Origin: Hormiphora californensis
Lineage: Eukaryota > Animalia > Ctenophora
Assembly (NCBI GenBank): GCA_020137815.1
Contig: CM035351.1
Location: 8,184,001 to 8,248,000 of the forward strand
Length of the DNA: 64,000 bases
Direction: 5' to 3'
The notes beneath the pieces are model-generated. The model was not told where the DNA came from. It searched no databases and saw only the letters and a list, made by a program, of their open reading frames with translations. Shown one piece after another: positions 12,101 through 24,129 of the stretch; position 1 is the first letter of the stretch; each line of letters opens with the position of its first letter. The translations under genes and the position numbers were made by a program.

Positions 12101-14594
12101 TCTAAATGAGCTGAGACAGGCGCATCCTGAGAGAAAATATGTTTTAAGGAAAGGTGTTATTGAAAGCATCTAGAACTCATTAAATTTTTGCCCCACAAGC
12201 TTGTGGAGATCCCTTTCTTGCTTTTTATGTTTTTACTATCTTGAATTGATCTCTTCGCACGGGGCAGGACCCAGTATGTTTGCCATTTATTTGATTTACA
12301 TTGCTGTTCGTCCACCATTAAATTTTCCAGCCAGCCAGCCAGCCAGTTGCTCAAACCTTGTTTTTGGTGGTATTTCCCACGCCCTCCTAGTTGCTCAAAC
12401 CTTGTTTTTAGTGGTATTTCCCACGCCCTCCTAGTTGCTCAAACCTGGTTTTTAGTGGTATTTCCCACGCCCTCCTAGTTGCTCAAACCTGGTTTTTAGT
12501 GGTATTTCCCACGCCCTCCTAGTTGCTCAAACCTTGTTTTTAGTGGTATTTCCCACGCCCTCCTAGTTGCTCAAACCTTGTTTTTAGTGGTATTTCTCAC
12601 GCCCTCCTAGTTGCTCAAACCTTGTTTTTGGTGGTGTTTCCCACGCCCTCCTAGTTGCTCAAACCTTGTTTTTGGTGGTATTTCCCACGCCCTCCTAGTT
12701 GCTCAAACCTTGTTTTTGGTGGTATTTCCCACGCCCTCCTAGTTGCTCAAACCTGGTTTTTGGTGGTATTTCCCACGCCCTCGTTGATGAAGTTTAGTCC
12801 TGCTGTTATCTGTATGACCCCTAGACCCAGGGAGGTGCACACCCCAAACAGGGTGGTGATCACAGAGAGGATATCAATCAGATCACCCGGCCAGGAGTAG
12901 ATCTTGTTACCAATGAGGGGGTAAAAACATGATTTCATTGTCATCGGCATGCCCTTCCTGCAATAATTAGGGGATGGTGTTTCACGACTCACAGTTAGGA
13001 CATAGTTAAAAAATTCCGAACTCGAAAAGGACTCAGGAGTTCGGAGTAGAAAGATATTTCCCTTGTTCAAACAAGGCAAGATTCCCCTGTCAGGCTGAAC
13101 TGCTCTAACAGCTATTATGTACCTGAATGCAACGAAACCCAGTAGCATCCCTACTACCACGTATACTATCCAGGCGTGGACTCCCCAATGGTAGAAGGTA
13201 ACATTCATCGCATCCTGGGCTAACTTATTGTCCGGGGCAAACCTGCAGGAGAGTTGAGAGAGTTTAGTTTTACAACTTAATTATAATAATGCGAAACTGT
13301 GTGCACATGTCGGTGTCAATTGAACCCTGAAATGGATATCTGGTTGATGTGTATGCTTGTTGTGTCTATTCAGTAGAGGACCATTTATGTGATTTGTAGA
13401 TTAGGACAATGTAGAAGATCAGTAAAGTTGCATGGTATCGATCGTTATGAGCATATATTATTATGCGGTTAACGTCTCACTACCAATAAACAAATTAATA
13501 ACTGTCGGAACTATTCAAACATGCTCAGGATAATTCTCTTATTTGAAAGAAATGAGAATAGGATCAGGCCAATGCTCTGACAGCTTTCTAGATATATTCC
13601 CATAATACCTTATAAGGGTCTCACAACTCAACAAACAATACCTGTCAGCGCTGTATCGGTTGGACCCGGTATAATGGAGGATAGGTTCAGCGACCCCATA
13701 GAAGAAGAGTCCCACTCCAATGCCACAGGAGAAGAGCATGGTAAACCAGGTTACGTCATTATACTCTGGCTCATCTGTATCTCGTCCTGTAATGAGGATA
13801 CATATTTATCAAGGGGGGGGGTACAAAAAGGAAAAGAGCTGGGATATTTATGGATTGTTGTTGTAATTTGACAAGTACGGAGTGTTGGGCACGTCGCGCC
13901 CTTCATGTTCGCTACGCGACGCGACCAATACGGAGTGCCAAAGTTCACGGGGGGATTATTGGCTAGGAATTGTACTGGGGGAGCGTGACGGATGGTGCAA
14001 TGATAGTATCGCAACTAAAATAGGGATAACATGATCATGCGATATAAAGTTCCGTACCAAGTTTAAGTTTCCCATATTTGCTACAGTAGATGATGATGAT
14101 GACAATGGCCCACACGTCCTGAGATCCAATGTACAGCCAGGTGAATTTATCTGTTATCCAGGATTTAGCCAGACTAAACGATTTACCGGCACCTGCATCA
14201 ATGAGAAGGGAGGGGGTTATCATGTCTGGATATGTTGCTATGGAAACCGTTGTTGGGTTATCAAACTAATTATAGGTTGCTCTACTAAATTGCCCAGCAT
14301 CTGACAAAACACCCCTGCATCCCCCGTGTTTATACCTTTTTTGTCCAGGATTGACCAGGAGACGAAGGCAAAGACGAGTAGAATGGAAACACCTGACACA
14401 ACTGGGTTGAACCGGAGTTCTGGACTGAATTTGTGATTACCAAACTTCAGCCGGACCCACGTGTTACGATCGGGTGACTGGGGTGTCTGCCATACAAAGG
14501 TCTGCCGGCGAACTGCAGAGTTCTCCCTAGTGCTCTCGGGCCCATTTTCTTCTCCTCCCCCTCCCTCCGGACCATTTAGGGGAGCCGTATACAT
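4666..14594 (-). CDS. BCCT-family (betaine/carnitine/choline) transporter, ~14 exons: 14594-14336, 14192-14058, 13786-13642, 13242-13123, 12957-12753, 10993-10851, 10733-10459, 10350-10160, 6621-6474, 6361-6301, 6104-5936, 5813-5518, 5220-5094, 4929-4666
   Basis: Family signatures [100 protein letters not shown]; GT-AG introns. Confidence 0.93.
6997..8793 (-). CDS. Intronless GT-B fold glycosyltransferase (GT4/group 1-like) with N-terminal transmembrane anchor, nested in a BCCT intron on the same strand
   Basis: 598-aa ORF; hydrophobic N-terminus; [45 protein letters not shown] (E-x7-E motif). Confidence 0.88.
   Translation of the reverse strand: MLLLRVIRPAFLLLIVSGYAILFIVLQFSFDDVVHSGDGGVYLASGHLIDDVKERGLDQEEELTTSGKVVIPRKDTGNEDVEKGKNEGDPVKNLMMAGFVRQPLDQPVGPVENKGVPLKLLDEEQLEFLEKKKNEFLEAKIFGPERRRREKAKKALKKEEGPPPSLADWPRLAEAAANFTTFNSTVLWIATVSANQKDWGFMKENLNFIVPLSVLLGNQFGWVSNMLMTSFQRTAGWRDLSPADQKVINYAYERGIAIRKELKEGTTDHQIITVLGLPPPVYNKTLMEGFPDVGKASVYTIGRAMFETNAIPSLWFPQLATVSELWVPSKFQKEVFSKSGLVNLPHISVIREGFETSRFETERKLEFLEDAKDRSKLRRTLFPRCRPQDVIYLMVGKLEERKGVEILLKAYTDEFNNDDSVCLVLRTSFNLKLKGKYPYSKRGRWVFARSYSEEMLIKAYRRADVFVLATHGEGWGRPVMESMAAGTPVIVPLWSGLTEFVKPAYSLPIEVTELELAFDQDKFILAESENRVHHKWAVVDEKGLRERLRWCLQHRGELAGIGQKAQQEMYRTYTRESVAMEAVTRLSEISRGLPRVKT
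9067..9121. repeat. (AG)n microsatellite
   Basis: Direct reading. Confidence 0.95.
9518..9788. mobile_element. MITE with ~32 bp terminal inverted repeats; relatives at 30825-31906 and 31918-32072
   Basis: TAAAGTCGAATTTTTTGAAGTTGTCACCCCC ... GGGGGTGACAACTTCAAAAAATCCGACTTTA. Confidence 0.8.
9833..9889. repeat. Perfect palindrome, 28-bp arms
   Basis: ATAGTGAAATCGAATTCCGGAGCTTGTA-T-TACAAGCTCCGGAATTCGATTTCACTAT. Confidence 0.9.
11091..12782 (-). repeat. 44-bp tandem array (30 nt BCCT exon end + 14 nt GT...AG), ~10 copies at 12344-12782 and ~2.5 copies at 11091-11197, split by a LINE-like insert
   Basis: Minus-strand unit GAGGGCGTGGGAAATACCACTAAAAACCAG|GTTTGAGCAACTAG. Confidence 0.95.
11198..12346 (+). 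mobile_element. Non-LTR retroelement-like insert encoding only an ORF1-type protein (CDS ~11244-12173) and ending in a (CCAG)5 tail
   Basis: Coiled coil, then [13 protein letters not shown]...RLG...RPVKVTL...[12 protein letters not shown], typical of CR1/L2/L1-type ORF1 RRM regions; no RT/endonuclease ORF; interrupts the 44-bp array. Confidence 0.75.
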
Positions 14595-16696
14595 TGTGTA
14601 TTTCTCTCGACTAGGATCAGGCGTTATACCGATTACAGATGAGACAATGGGACAGCTAAACAACAAGAAGATGCAGGATCTAAAAAGTGTTTTGGGTGTG
14701 GTCTAGTTATATTGAAGCCGAAAGTCTTTTTCAACTTAGACACGCGTCACCGATACGTAAGCAACAATTATTACTGACGTATAGAGCCATTATGAAGCTA
14801 CTGCAGGTGACTATAATTATCATAGAACAGCTTGGACAAGTGAAAATAGGTCAAGAAGGGAAGAGGGCACAATTGTAAAGAAGGAGAAGAAGGAACGTGC
14901 GGGCTGTTGTGGCGAAATGTTAATTAACTCAGAACGTGTCAGCTTCTAAAGTAGCCTAGAAAGGAAAACAGTTAGCAGTTACCGATGGGCAATTAAAGGA
15001 AAGTCGGGAAACAATTATTATTTCAGCGACAATATAAGTGTTTTTGATGGGAGAAAATAACGCAACTCAAACCGCAAACTACTTGAAGTCTTATTCTATA
15101 GTTGTACCCACTGCACGTTCCGAAGTAGACAGAAAGTGAGACAGACAGAGGGAGAGAGAGAGAGAGGGAGAGAGAGACAGAGGGAGAGAGAGAGAGAGAG
15201 AGTGAGACAGACAGAGAGAGAGAGAGACAGAAAGTGAGAGAGAAAGTGAGACAGACAGAGGGAGAGAGAGAGAGAGAGAGAGAAAGTGAGAGAGAAGAGG
15301 CTAGAGGGAGTGAGAGAGAGAGAGTAGAGAGAGAGAATAGTACAGACATAGTTTGAAGAGATGTAATACATCTTATACATACCATCTTCTAGACAGCAAA
15401 ATTAACAACTCAGGGGCTATTAATACTATCTCTTCTATATCACTGTTGCTCAGGGAGAGAAGACGAAAGAGAACAACATATGCGAGATAATCAAAAGTAA
15501 CAAAATTTATAATGACAAATTATAGATAGTACGAGTATTAGTAGCCAGTTAGTAGAGATAATGAACTAGGATCTATCCCGTCTCGCTCTCTGCACATACT
15601 CATCCCTCTTCTCCTTCTCTCTCTCTCTCCTCCTCTATCTTCTCTCGTCCTCTCTTCTCTCCCCTCTTCTCTTCCTCTCTCTCCCTTTCTCTATCTCCTC
15701 TCTCCTATCTCTTCTTCTCCTCTCTCCCTTCTCTCCCCCTTCTAGCCCATTTCCCTCTTTCTCATACTCTCTCTCTCTCTCTCCTCTCTAATCTCTACTC
15801 TTCATCATCTCTTCTCTCTCATAGCATCCCTTAGGCCGTAGAGCATTCTGATCACCGCTTCACATCAACCATGAGCGTCTGGCGATCGCGCATGAATCAT
15901 TAGTACAATTCGCATAATCGCTCTCTAACGCTAGCGAAAACATGCTCATGCGTACTTCTCTTTTCTTCGATCTCTTCTGACATCTCTATCTGGCTTCTCC
16001 TTCCTCCTTCTCAAGGATGTGCATAAGTACTTAATAAATGCTAGTTGCACATGGGGTTCACTATCAACCCAATGGTAGCTGCCTGGACTGATCGAGCAGC
16101 GAATAGAAATTATTTAGACAAATTCGCATCAAGACTCGCTCTCTATACTGTCTCATTTACATAGATGGTCTTACAGCTCCTCTCTCTTTCTTTTTCTCTC
16201 TTTCTCTCTCTTTCTCTTTCTGCTCCTCTATCTCTTTTCTCTCTGCTGTACATTAATCGTCTAGCCAACTAGAAGAAAAAGATAGCTCCGGTCACAAACT
16301 ATAAGACTCTCTCCTTTTCTCTCCGGGCGATATCGAGAAAGAGAGATAAGATCCAAGGACTGAGAGCTCAGGAAACGATCATTAAAACGGAAAAGTAAGC
16401 GTAAAGTATCATTACTATTAAACTACAGTTCCGCTACTTAGTATGTATTCAGTTTATTTGTAGCGATCTAATAGTACGCTAATAAAATTTTGAAATTTAA
16501 AAAAAGTTGCACAGTTACATTTTATGGCACTAAATGATGAACTAAATAAATAGGTGGTATAACTACTGGAGCGGCAATCAATAATTGAAAGAAATGCCCA
16601 TCCCCCGGCTCAAAGAGTTGTCTGGGTGTCTTGGTAATGGCATTTAATGGTCCTGAAAGACAATGGCACAGTCAACTCCCTCTATCTCCCTGAGTG

Positions 16697-16930
<234 letters not shown>

Positions 16931-17169
16931 TGTATTTGTACCACTAATGGTGAGGATAGGTTGGGCGCTCGAGGAGTGGATGAATCGATCGTGATAAAGT
17001 AGATAGAGGAGGTGGAGAAACGCGAGAACAAGATAGAAGAGATGTGCCTGTGTGAAGTTTTTTACGACCTACAGGAGGGAACCACCACTTTACGTTATGA
17101 AGGTAAGAACGTAGGTTGGCGGGATAAAACACATTATCCCAAATTCTTTTATTCTTTCTATTGATGTAA

Positions 17170-17524
17170 ATGCGGATTTGGGAAAAAAAACTTTTTTTTT
17201 TAAAAAACCAAAAAATTTTTTCCCCCAAAAAGGGGTTTTTTAAAAAAAAAAAAGGGAAAAATTTAAAAATTTTTTGGGTTTTGTTTTTTTTTTTTTTTCC
17301 CCAAATTGTTTTTAAAAAAAAAAAAAAATTTTTTTTAAGTTTTTTTTCCCTAAAAAAAAAGGGTTGGAAAATGGGGGGTTTAAAAAAAAAACCAAAAACC
17401 CCGGAAAAAATTTTTTTTTTGGGGGGGGGAAAAAATTTAAAACCCCAAAAAAAAACCCCCCGGGTTTTGGTAAAAAAAAAAAAAAATTCCTTTTTAAAAT
17501 TTTAAAAAGGGGGGGGGAAAGGGA

Positions 17525-17556
<32 letters not shown>

Positions 17557-17805
17557 GGAAAAAAAAAAAAGGGGGGGGGGTTTTTAAAAAAGGGGGGGGG
17601 GGGGGGGGGGGGGGGAAGGGGGGAAAAAGGGGGGGGGGAAAAGGGGTTTTAAAAAAAAAAAAAAAAAAAAAAAGGGGGAAAAAAAAATTTTTTTTTTTTT
17701 TTGGGGGAAAAAGGGGGGGGGGGTTTTGGTTTTGGTTTTAAAATTTTGGGGGGGGGAAAAAAGAAAAAAAAAGGGGGTTTTTGGGGGGTTTTTTTGGGGG
17801 GGGTT
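17170..17805. other. Homopolymer-run sequence, probable low-quality read or gap fill
   Basis: Consecutive long A/G/T/C runs with abrupt borders. Confidence 0.8.
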
Positions 17806-18644
17806 AAGCAATTCAATACAACAGCACCATTACGATTAATGAAAGATAGAAAGATAGAAAGATGGAGAGAGATAGAAAACAAATATAGATCACCATAATG
17901 TCATGTGCTATTCTTGCCTGCGGTGATTACAGTGCAGGATTTTTTAGTTACAGCCCTACTACAGCAGAAAATAAGAAAGTGTAGAAATTAAAAAAGATAC
18001 TAAAAATCGTGATAGAATTGTGGTAGAGCTGTAATGAAATGATTGCATGATGCGTCAAAGAAAATATCTCAAAGTCAAAAGACGAAAAATGAACGCCGAG
18101 AAATCAAATTTGTAAAGTGATGACCATCATGATCATTTCTTGAGAATTACAAATGAAGATTAAGATCAACTGATCAAGAAGAGCAAACGAAAGAGCAAAT
18201 GAAAACATATTCAGTTCCCCCTAAAGCAAACTAAATAAAAAGTCCAACCAACTGAAAAACCAGCCGAAAAGAAAGATAATAATGACACCAATTACCACCG
18301 GCAATTAGAGCGTGCCCCACTGCCCGCCCCCACCTAGCGGGTCCCTGTAAACATAGCTACCGCTATCACATACCACCCACATTTTAATTTATAACTTCCA
18401 CATTTTGAATTCCATCCAGTTTATGACGGCTATTATAACACACAACACTGGTAGCATAAGGTAGGCTTTATCATTGGGTGGGCCCAAAAACCTCAGTACA
18501 GGAACGATAGTACATGTTGTACACATTGGGCATTGGGCAACCGGAAGGGCCGAGATCGAGCAAGAGAGAAACAGAGAGAATGACAGTAAGGAAGAGGGGT
18601 CTTAGTGGGTGGTAATCGGTTATCTCTGACTCTCTCTCTCTATC

Positions 18645-18681
<37 letters not shown>

Positions 18682-18696
18682 CTCTCTGACTCTCTC

Positions 18697-18766
<70 letters not shown>

Positions 18767-20507
18767 GCTTTCGGTCCTTAGAGAGCTAATGGGGGCGCTA
18801 GTTGTCATTGACACACATACGCACATTTATTGTTGCAAGTTTAAAGGGAGAAAGAGAGCACTATCAAGATTCAAGAAAGGGAGATAGATACAAGATACAT
18901 GTTGGTTCATAATGAATACGGAAGTGCTACCCCATCCAGCTAATTTTCAACTATTTTAAAAGTCAAAACACAATGTCCCTAGTGAGTTCATATTGAACTT
19001 CAATGGCTAATAGCTCATACATCCGAACCCTGGATCCAATACTTCATAATATCAGGTCCAGGGTTCTGCATGTATTAGCCATTGATCGGCGATAGAGGGG
19101 GCCTTAATGAATCAGATGGATTTTTTAGTCCTTGTCCCTGGAAACCACTAGGCGACGTAATGTTCCTACATTAATTAATATCAAGATTTGATTAAAGAAT
19201 TGTCGTGTAGACTGTCTGGCGACGCCAGACCCCGTTTTGACAGTGTGCTCAGATTGGCTCGGCGCCGCCAGACAACAAGTGGCGCTGTAGTACCTGCAGT
19301 AGTTGTTGTATCGCTTCAGGATCCATTATCTTTGTTTTCCCTGACAGTGACATAATCAGCACACTAAATGGAAGATTGGGTGAGTGAGATGTGGACTCAG
19401 CACTGAATACCAAATAAAATAAAACTTAAAAGAGCCGAGAGGACGGGAAAACAAACACGATGAGCGGCAAAATGAAAATGTGGGATTGGGTTCAGTCACT
19501 GGGTGGTAGAAGATGCGCGCGCACCGCGCCGATATCACACTTCTCAGCGCCAGATTTGCTAGTCGTGAAAGATGCACTCTCGTGAAGTGTGACCGTCCCA
19601 CAGCTTGCTGACAGGTCGCTGTGATAAGAAGGAGCGGGAAGAGGGAACAAATCCCGGAAATGAGAAACTAAAAACGGTTTTTTTATAGTAGAAAGAAAGT
19701 ATTTATTCCAATAAACAATGGTAACAAAATAAAAGGTTCTTCTTTTGGTCTAGTGCACATATATAATACCGTTGCGTTTATAATCGATTACATTACTTTT
19801 ACTTTTTCCACTACTATAAATTGTAAACACGCTGGATTTTATAAAAAAATGATATAATTGTAAATAATCTTGGCAAACAGCTTCCTTTCGTCCGAAATCC
19901 CGTTTTTATCTTGTCATCATTGGCCGCACATTCACAGACAAAAAACAACATAAACAGATTCAATAAACACTCTCTCGCTCGGCCGTCAAAAACACACTCT
20001 CTAATTTCCCCAAACCCATTCTGATTTATTACTGACACGCTAAGGAGGAGGATGGTTACCTTTCTCTCTCTCTCTTTCTAAAGGAGATACAGAAACAAAC
20101 TGACAGAGGAGACAATAGTGGGACTCTATCTTCCTCCTACAGCTTGCATCCGCTCTGATAATGGCTTAAAAAATAAATAATTGAACTCTATAAGTAAGTT
20201 ATCATATTTATGTAGTATATAACGTATACACGCAGTCGTAAACAGCACCACTAATCTCTACACCACCGCCCTGTTCTAATCCGGCGAGAGAGAGAGGATC
20301 GAGCAAGACAAGCACCTCCCCTAACTCTCACTAGGCAACCCTTGGTCAATACGGGGTGGCAGCTGAATAGTGGGACTTGGTTAAATAATTATGCTATATT
20401 ATACCACGCAGATATATTGTATTATATAAGGGACACCACTCCCTCTCCCAGTGAGACAGATATGGTCTCCCCTGTATTTACACTCTCTCGTATATTATCG
20501 TCCCTTG

Positions 20508-20789
20508 TTACATAACAGAGCACGCCCTGGGATCGGCCTCCTCTAGATACTCAGTACTGCTCTCTGCTTTAGCCTTGTACGTACTAACAACCTCTCCATC
20601 TCCGTTCTTCAGTTGGATCTCCAGGTCTGTTGAGTTAGCCCAGCTGTCTAGTTTCTTGAAGACGAGGTTTAGGGGTGGGTTGTGGGTGGCTCCAGCGTTA
20701 CCGCTGAATACCTGGAGGAAAAAGGGTGGTTAGAGGGAGAGGTTAGAGGGAGGGGCCGGGATAGAGGGAGGGTGAGAGAGCTGAGAGGG

Positions 20790-20835
<46 letters not shown>

Positions 20836-23800
20836 GAGACAGAGAGAGAGAGACAGAGAGAGAGAAGAGGTGATGACTGTTGACAAACCCCACCCAATTT
20901 TACACACAATTACACCCCTCCTATGACATATCAGTACGTACCTTCATCATCTGGCCAGGTCCAATTGATGCCTTAGCGGGGAACTTGTATTCGAGAGTTT
21001 CCTCTCCAAAGATCTTGGTGATCGTCCAGCCCCTCATGCTCTGCTCCTTTTCAGTCATGTTCTTTACCCCAACAAAGTCACTCTCGATATTCACCTGATT
21101 GTGGAGAATTAGTAATGATATTGGGATGAAAATAATTTTACAAGAGGATATTATTTATTTTAGTTGTGAGAGCCCGTTATAATGGTGGATGCAGATGGTG
21201 AGAGATTTCACAGTTGTAATTTCTTTGTTTTCCCTTCTTGCTGCACCTATCAGACAACAAAAAAGAAGCTGAACCACAGTTGTTTCTGTTACAGTTACCT
21301 CATCAATAGAGACATGTGAGTTGGTCTCCGTGGTAAAGCTCTCCTCCATGACCCTCTGCCTCTTCCTGCTGGGGGCATCAGCCTCTCCGAAGGACAGGGC
21401 GGACCTGACCTTCCCAGATTTAGGTGATGGGGTAAGATGGAGTCGTGTCTGAAAGATATAACCAGTGTTAATATGTTTGGCAGTCAACGGTTGAGTGACG
21501 TCGGCACACACAGATAGATACATGGCATCACACACACACACAGGACACAGAGATGTACTGAAATCACGTACATACCACACGTACAATTTAAATAGAGAGC
21601 GATTGTAGCACAATATAGAACATTAACATACACACAGACAACTGGACTGAAAAACAGACTAATTAATTGATAATCAATTAATTGATCAGATAAACTAACC
21701 TCCTCAGCCTGTACAAGTTTCCTGTAAGCACTGATCTCCATATCAAGGGTGACCTTGACATCCATCAGATCACTGTAATCCTGGAGCAGGTTCTTGATCT
21801 GTTTCTCCAGCCTATCCAGATCCTTCTGGTGTTCAGCATCCATCTCAAGAGCATCACTCTCGGCCTTCTGCAGGAGTTCCTGGAACTTGCTGAGCTGAGC
21901 CTGGAGGCTCTTCTCCTTGGACATCATACGGGAAATAGTGGCACGGAGTTCTTCGATCTCTGCCTTTATTGTCAGACTCTCACGTTCCTTTTCTAGCACG
22001 TTCTGAGGGGAAGGGGGTGAAAATTAATCAGACGGCAGGGTGATATTATAATGTACTCTGTGGATCTGTCAGTCTATCAAAATTACGGGTATGCGACTGA
22101 AAAGTGAAACCTAGCTATATTATTATGTCATGACTACACGTAGTCTTATGTAATGAAGCCATATTTGGTACACATTCTCACTCCTTCCTTCTTTTACTAA
22201 CCCTTCTCTCTCTATCTCCCTAACTATTCCTTCTCTTCTTGATATTTGAATGGAGCGCGGGAGAAGCGGCAATTCAGACACACACGCCCAAACAAGGAAG
22301 CTTCTAATTGCGTGTGTGTTGGGATGTTAGCATGCATGTAACATGTAGTTCTATAGCTGCTTCTTAGACAAAGCATTAATATACACAGTGGTGTACAACT
22401 ACAACAATGGCCATATTATGTGCTATGTCTATTGTGTCCTAATTTAGGCAAATTATGACCTACGATCCCAAGAGCTACAAGGTACGAACCGTATGAACGT
22501 AGTTCTCGGACACAGCCCTGGCAGCCTGGAGTTCCTTGAGATGGACAGCACTGAGCTGTTCTCTGAGGGCCTTCTTCTCCTCCTCAAAGTGCAGTCTGGC
22601 CTTGGAGAGAGCCTCAGAGAGCTGCATAGCAAACTCTTCAGCTGCTTCCTTCCTCCTGATCTTACTGCGGGTAGTAGAGGATGCCTCACGACGCAGTTCA
22701 ACCAACTCCTGAGAGAGAGGGGGAGGGGGTTAGATATCATGTCAAACTGACTTATTGATCCAATATATATCACCACATATTATAATGCCATGCTGGTGTC
22801 AATCGAATTATTATGCAACCATAGCATGTAACTTCTATGTCAAATGGGGGTCAAATGTTGTCATATTTCTATACGCCTTCCATATTATGGTGTAGATATC
22901 AGGGAAATAATACATGGTTACCACGGTAACTGCAGTTGTAGTTACCATGGTAACCAGTGTACCAGTTACCAAGGAGACTACAACATACCTTATCCTTGAG
23001 AGATTCCTTGAATTCCATTTCCTCCCTAAGAGTCTGTGCCTTGTTCTCAACATCAATCCTCTTCAGAGTCTCCTTATCTAACTCATCCTTGAGATCTTCA
23101 AGGTTCTTATTCAGATTCTTCTTGTCATTCTTCAACTCCTTCTCCCGGTCAGCCCCATCCTTCAGCTGCTGCTTCAGCTTCTCAATTTCACTCTCGAAGG
23201 TCGAGATGACCCTCTCAAGTCGGACCACTTCCTTGTCCACCGCTGTCCTGTTGTTTTTCTCTTCCTGAAGCTGTTTTCGGAGGTCATCATTATCTTTTGT
23301 GAGCCGTTTGTTCTCGCTCTTTAACTCCTTCACGTCTCCCTGGGCATCTCCTAACTTCTTCTCTAGCTCCTCAATTAGCTTCTTCAGTTTAGCGATTTCC
23401 TTGTCTTTTGCGGCTAGCTCTGCTTTCAGCTGGTCAATTGAGTCATGGCAACGGCCGTTCTCAAGCTCAAGAGCGGCTTTCTGGTTGGCGGTTTCATCGA
23501 GAAGTCTCCTGGCCTCATCCAGCTCCACATGGATTAGTTCCTTGAGAGAGTCCTGGATCCTTGTCAGCTCTGTCTCAGTCTGAAATAGGGTGGTTAGATT
23601 TAGAAGTAGAAGAAGTAAAACTAGGTTAGTGGGATGGAGTGGGTTGAAAGTTTGACAGATTTAGAAAGCAGCTACGTTGTATGGGACACCAACCTGACTA
23701 AAAGTTTCCGTTTCCTCGATCTCCTTGAGGGTCCTCATGTGGTTTACATAGACGAGGAGCCTCTCGTTCAGGTCCCTGAGTTCCTCCTTCTCGCGACATC

Positions 23801-23870
23801 GCGTACTGAGACTCTTGAAGTGCTCGGGAGATTTGGGTCGGTAGGGGGCACTGGGTGTGGAAGTTGCCAT
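20508..23870 (-). CDS. Nuclear lamin (B-type, CaaX); exons 23870-23694, 23579-22989, 22708-22490, 22002-21700, 21448-21299, 21094-20942, 20711-20508
   Basis: Head SP site, coil-1A EKEELRDLNERLLVYV, rod end DVKVTLDMEISAYRKLVQAEE, NLS RKRQR, Ig-like tail (GWTITK..YKFP), C-terminal CSVM*. Confidence 0.95.
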
Positions 23871-24129
23871 CTGTTTATCCTGAGAGAGAGAGAGAAGGGG
23901 TGGGTTAGTAGTACACAACAAAACCGAGAAGAAAGGGGAACTCACAAGGATTACAAACACGGTTAGAAATGCAAAAACACATTTTGTACTTTGTACCACC
24001 ACAAATACAAATACAGAAACACATGTAAATGACAAAAACAGAGCGAAGTTTTGAATTATTACGATAATATATTTATGATTACACATTAAAGGGGGAATAG
24101 AAATGATGTTTACTCAATCCAATATCTCA

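Noticed and set aside
11091-12782. Regular short repeats (also 34430-34942) resembling a CRISPR array
   Set aside because: No unique spacers, the units are exon-derived, the context is eukaryotic and there are no cas genes
4666-14594. Bacterial contamination explaining BCCT and GT
   Set aside because: BCCT has spliceosomal introns with host-type repeats, and the GT lies within one of them
17170-17805. K/G/F-rich ORFs here and at 24114-25112 and 30843-31571
   Set aside because: Translation of homopolymer-run, low-quality sequence
21207-21246. Possible alternative terminal lamin exon (VQQEGKTKKLQL*) giving a tail-less isoform
   Set aside because: Only a chance-level AG acceptor supports it; needs cDNA
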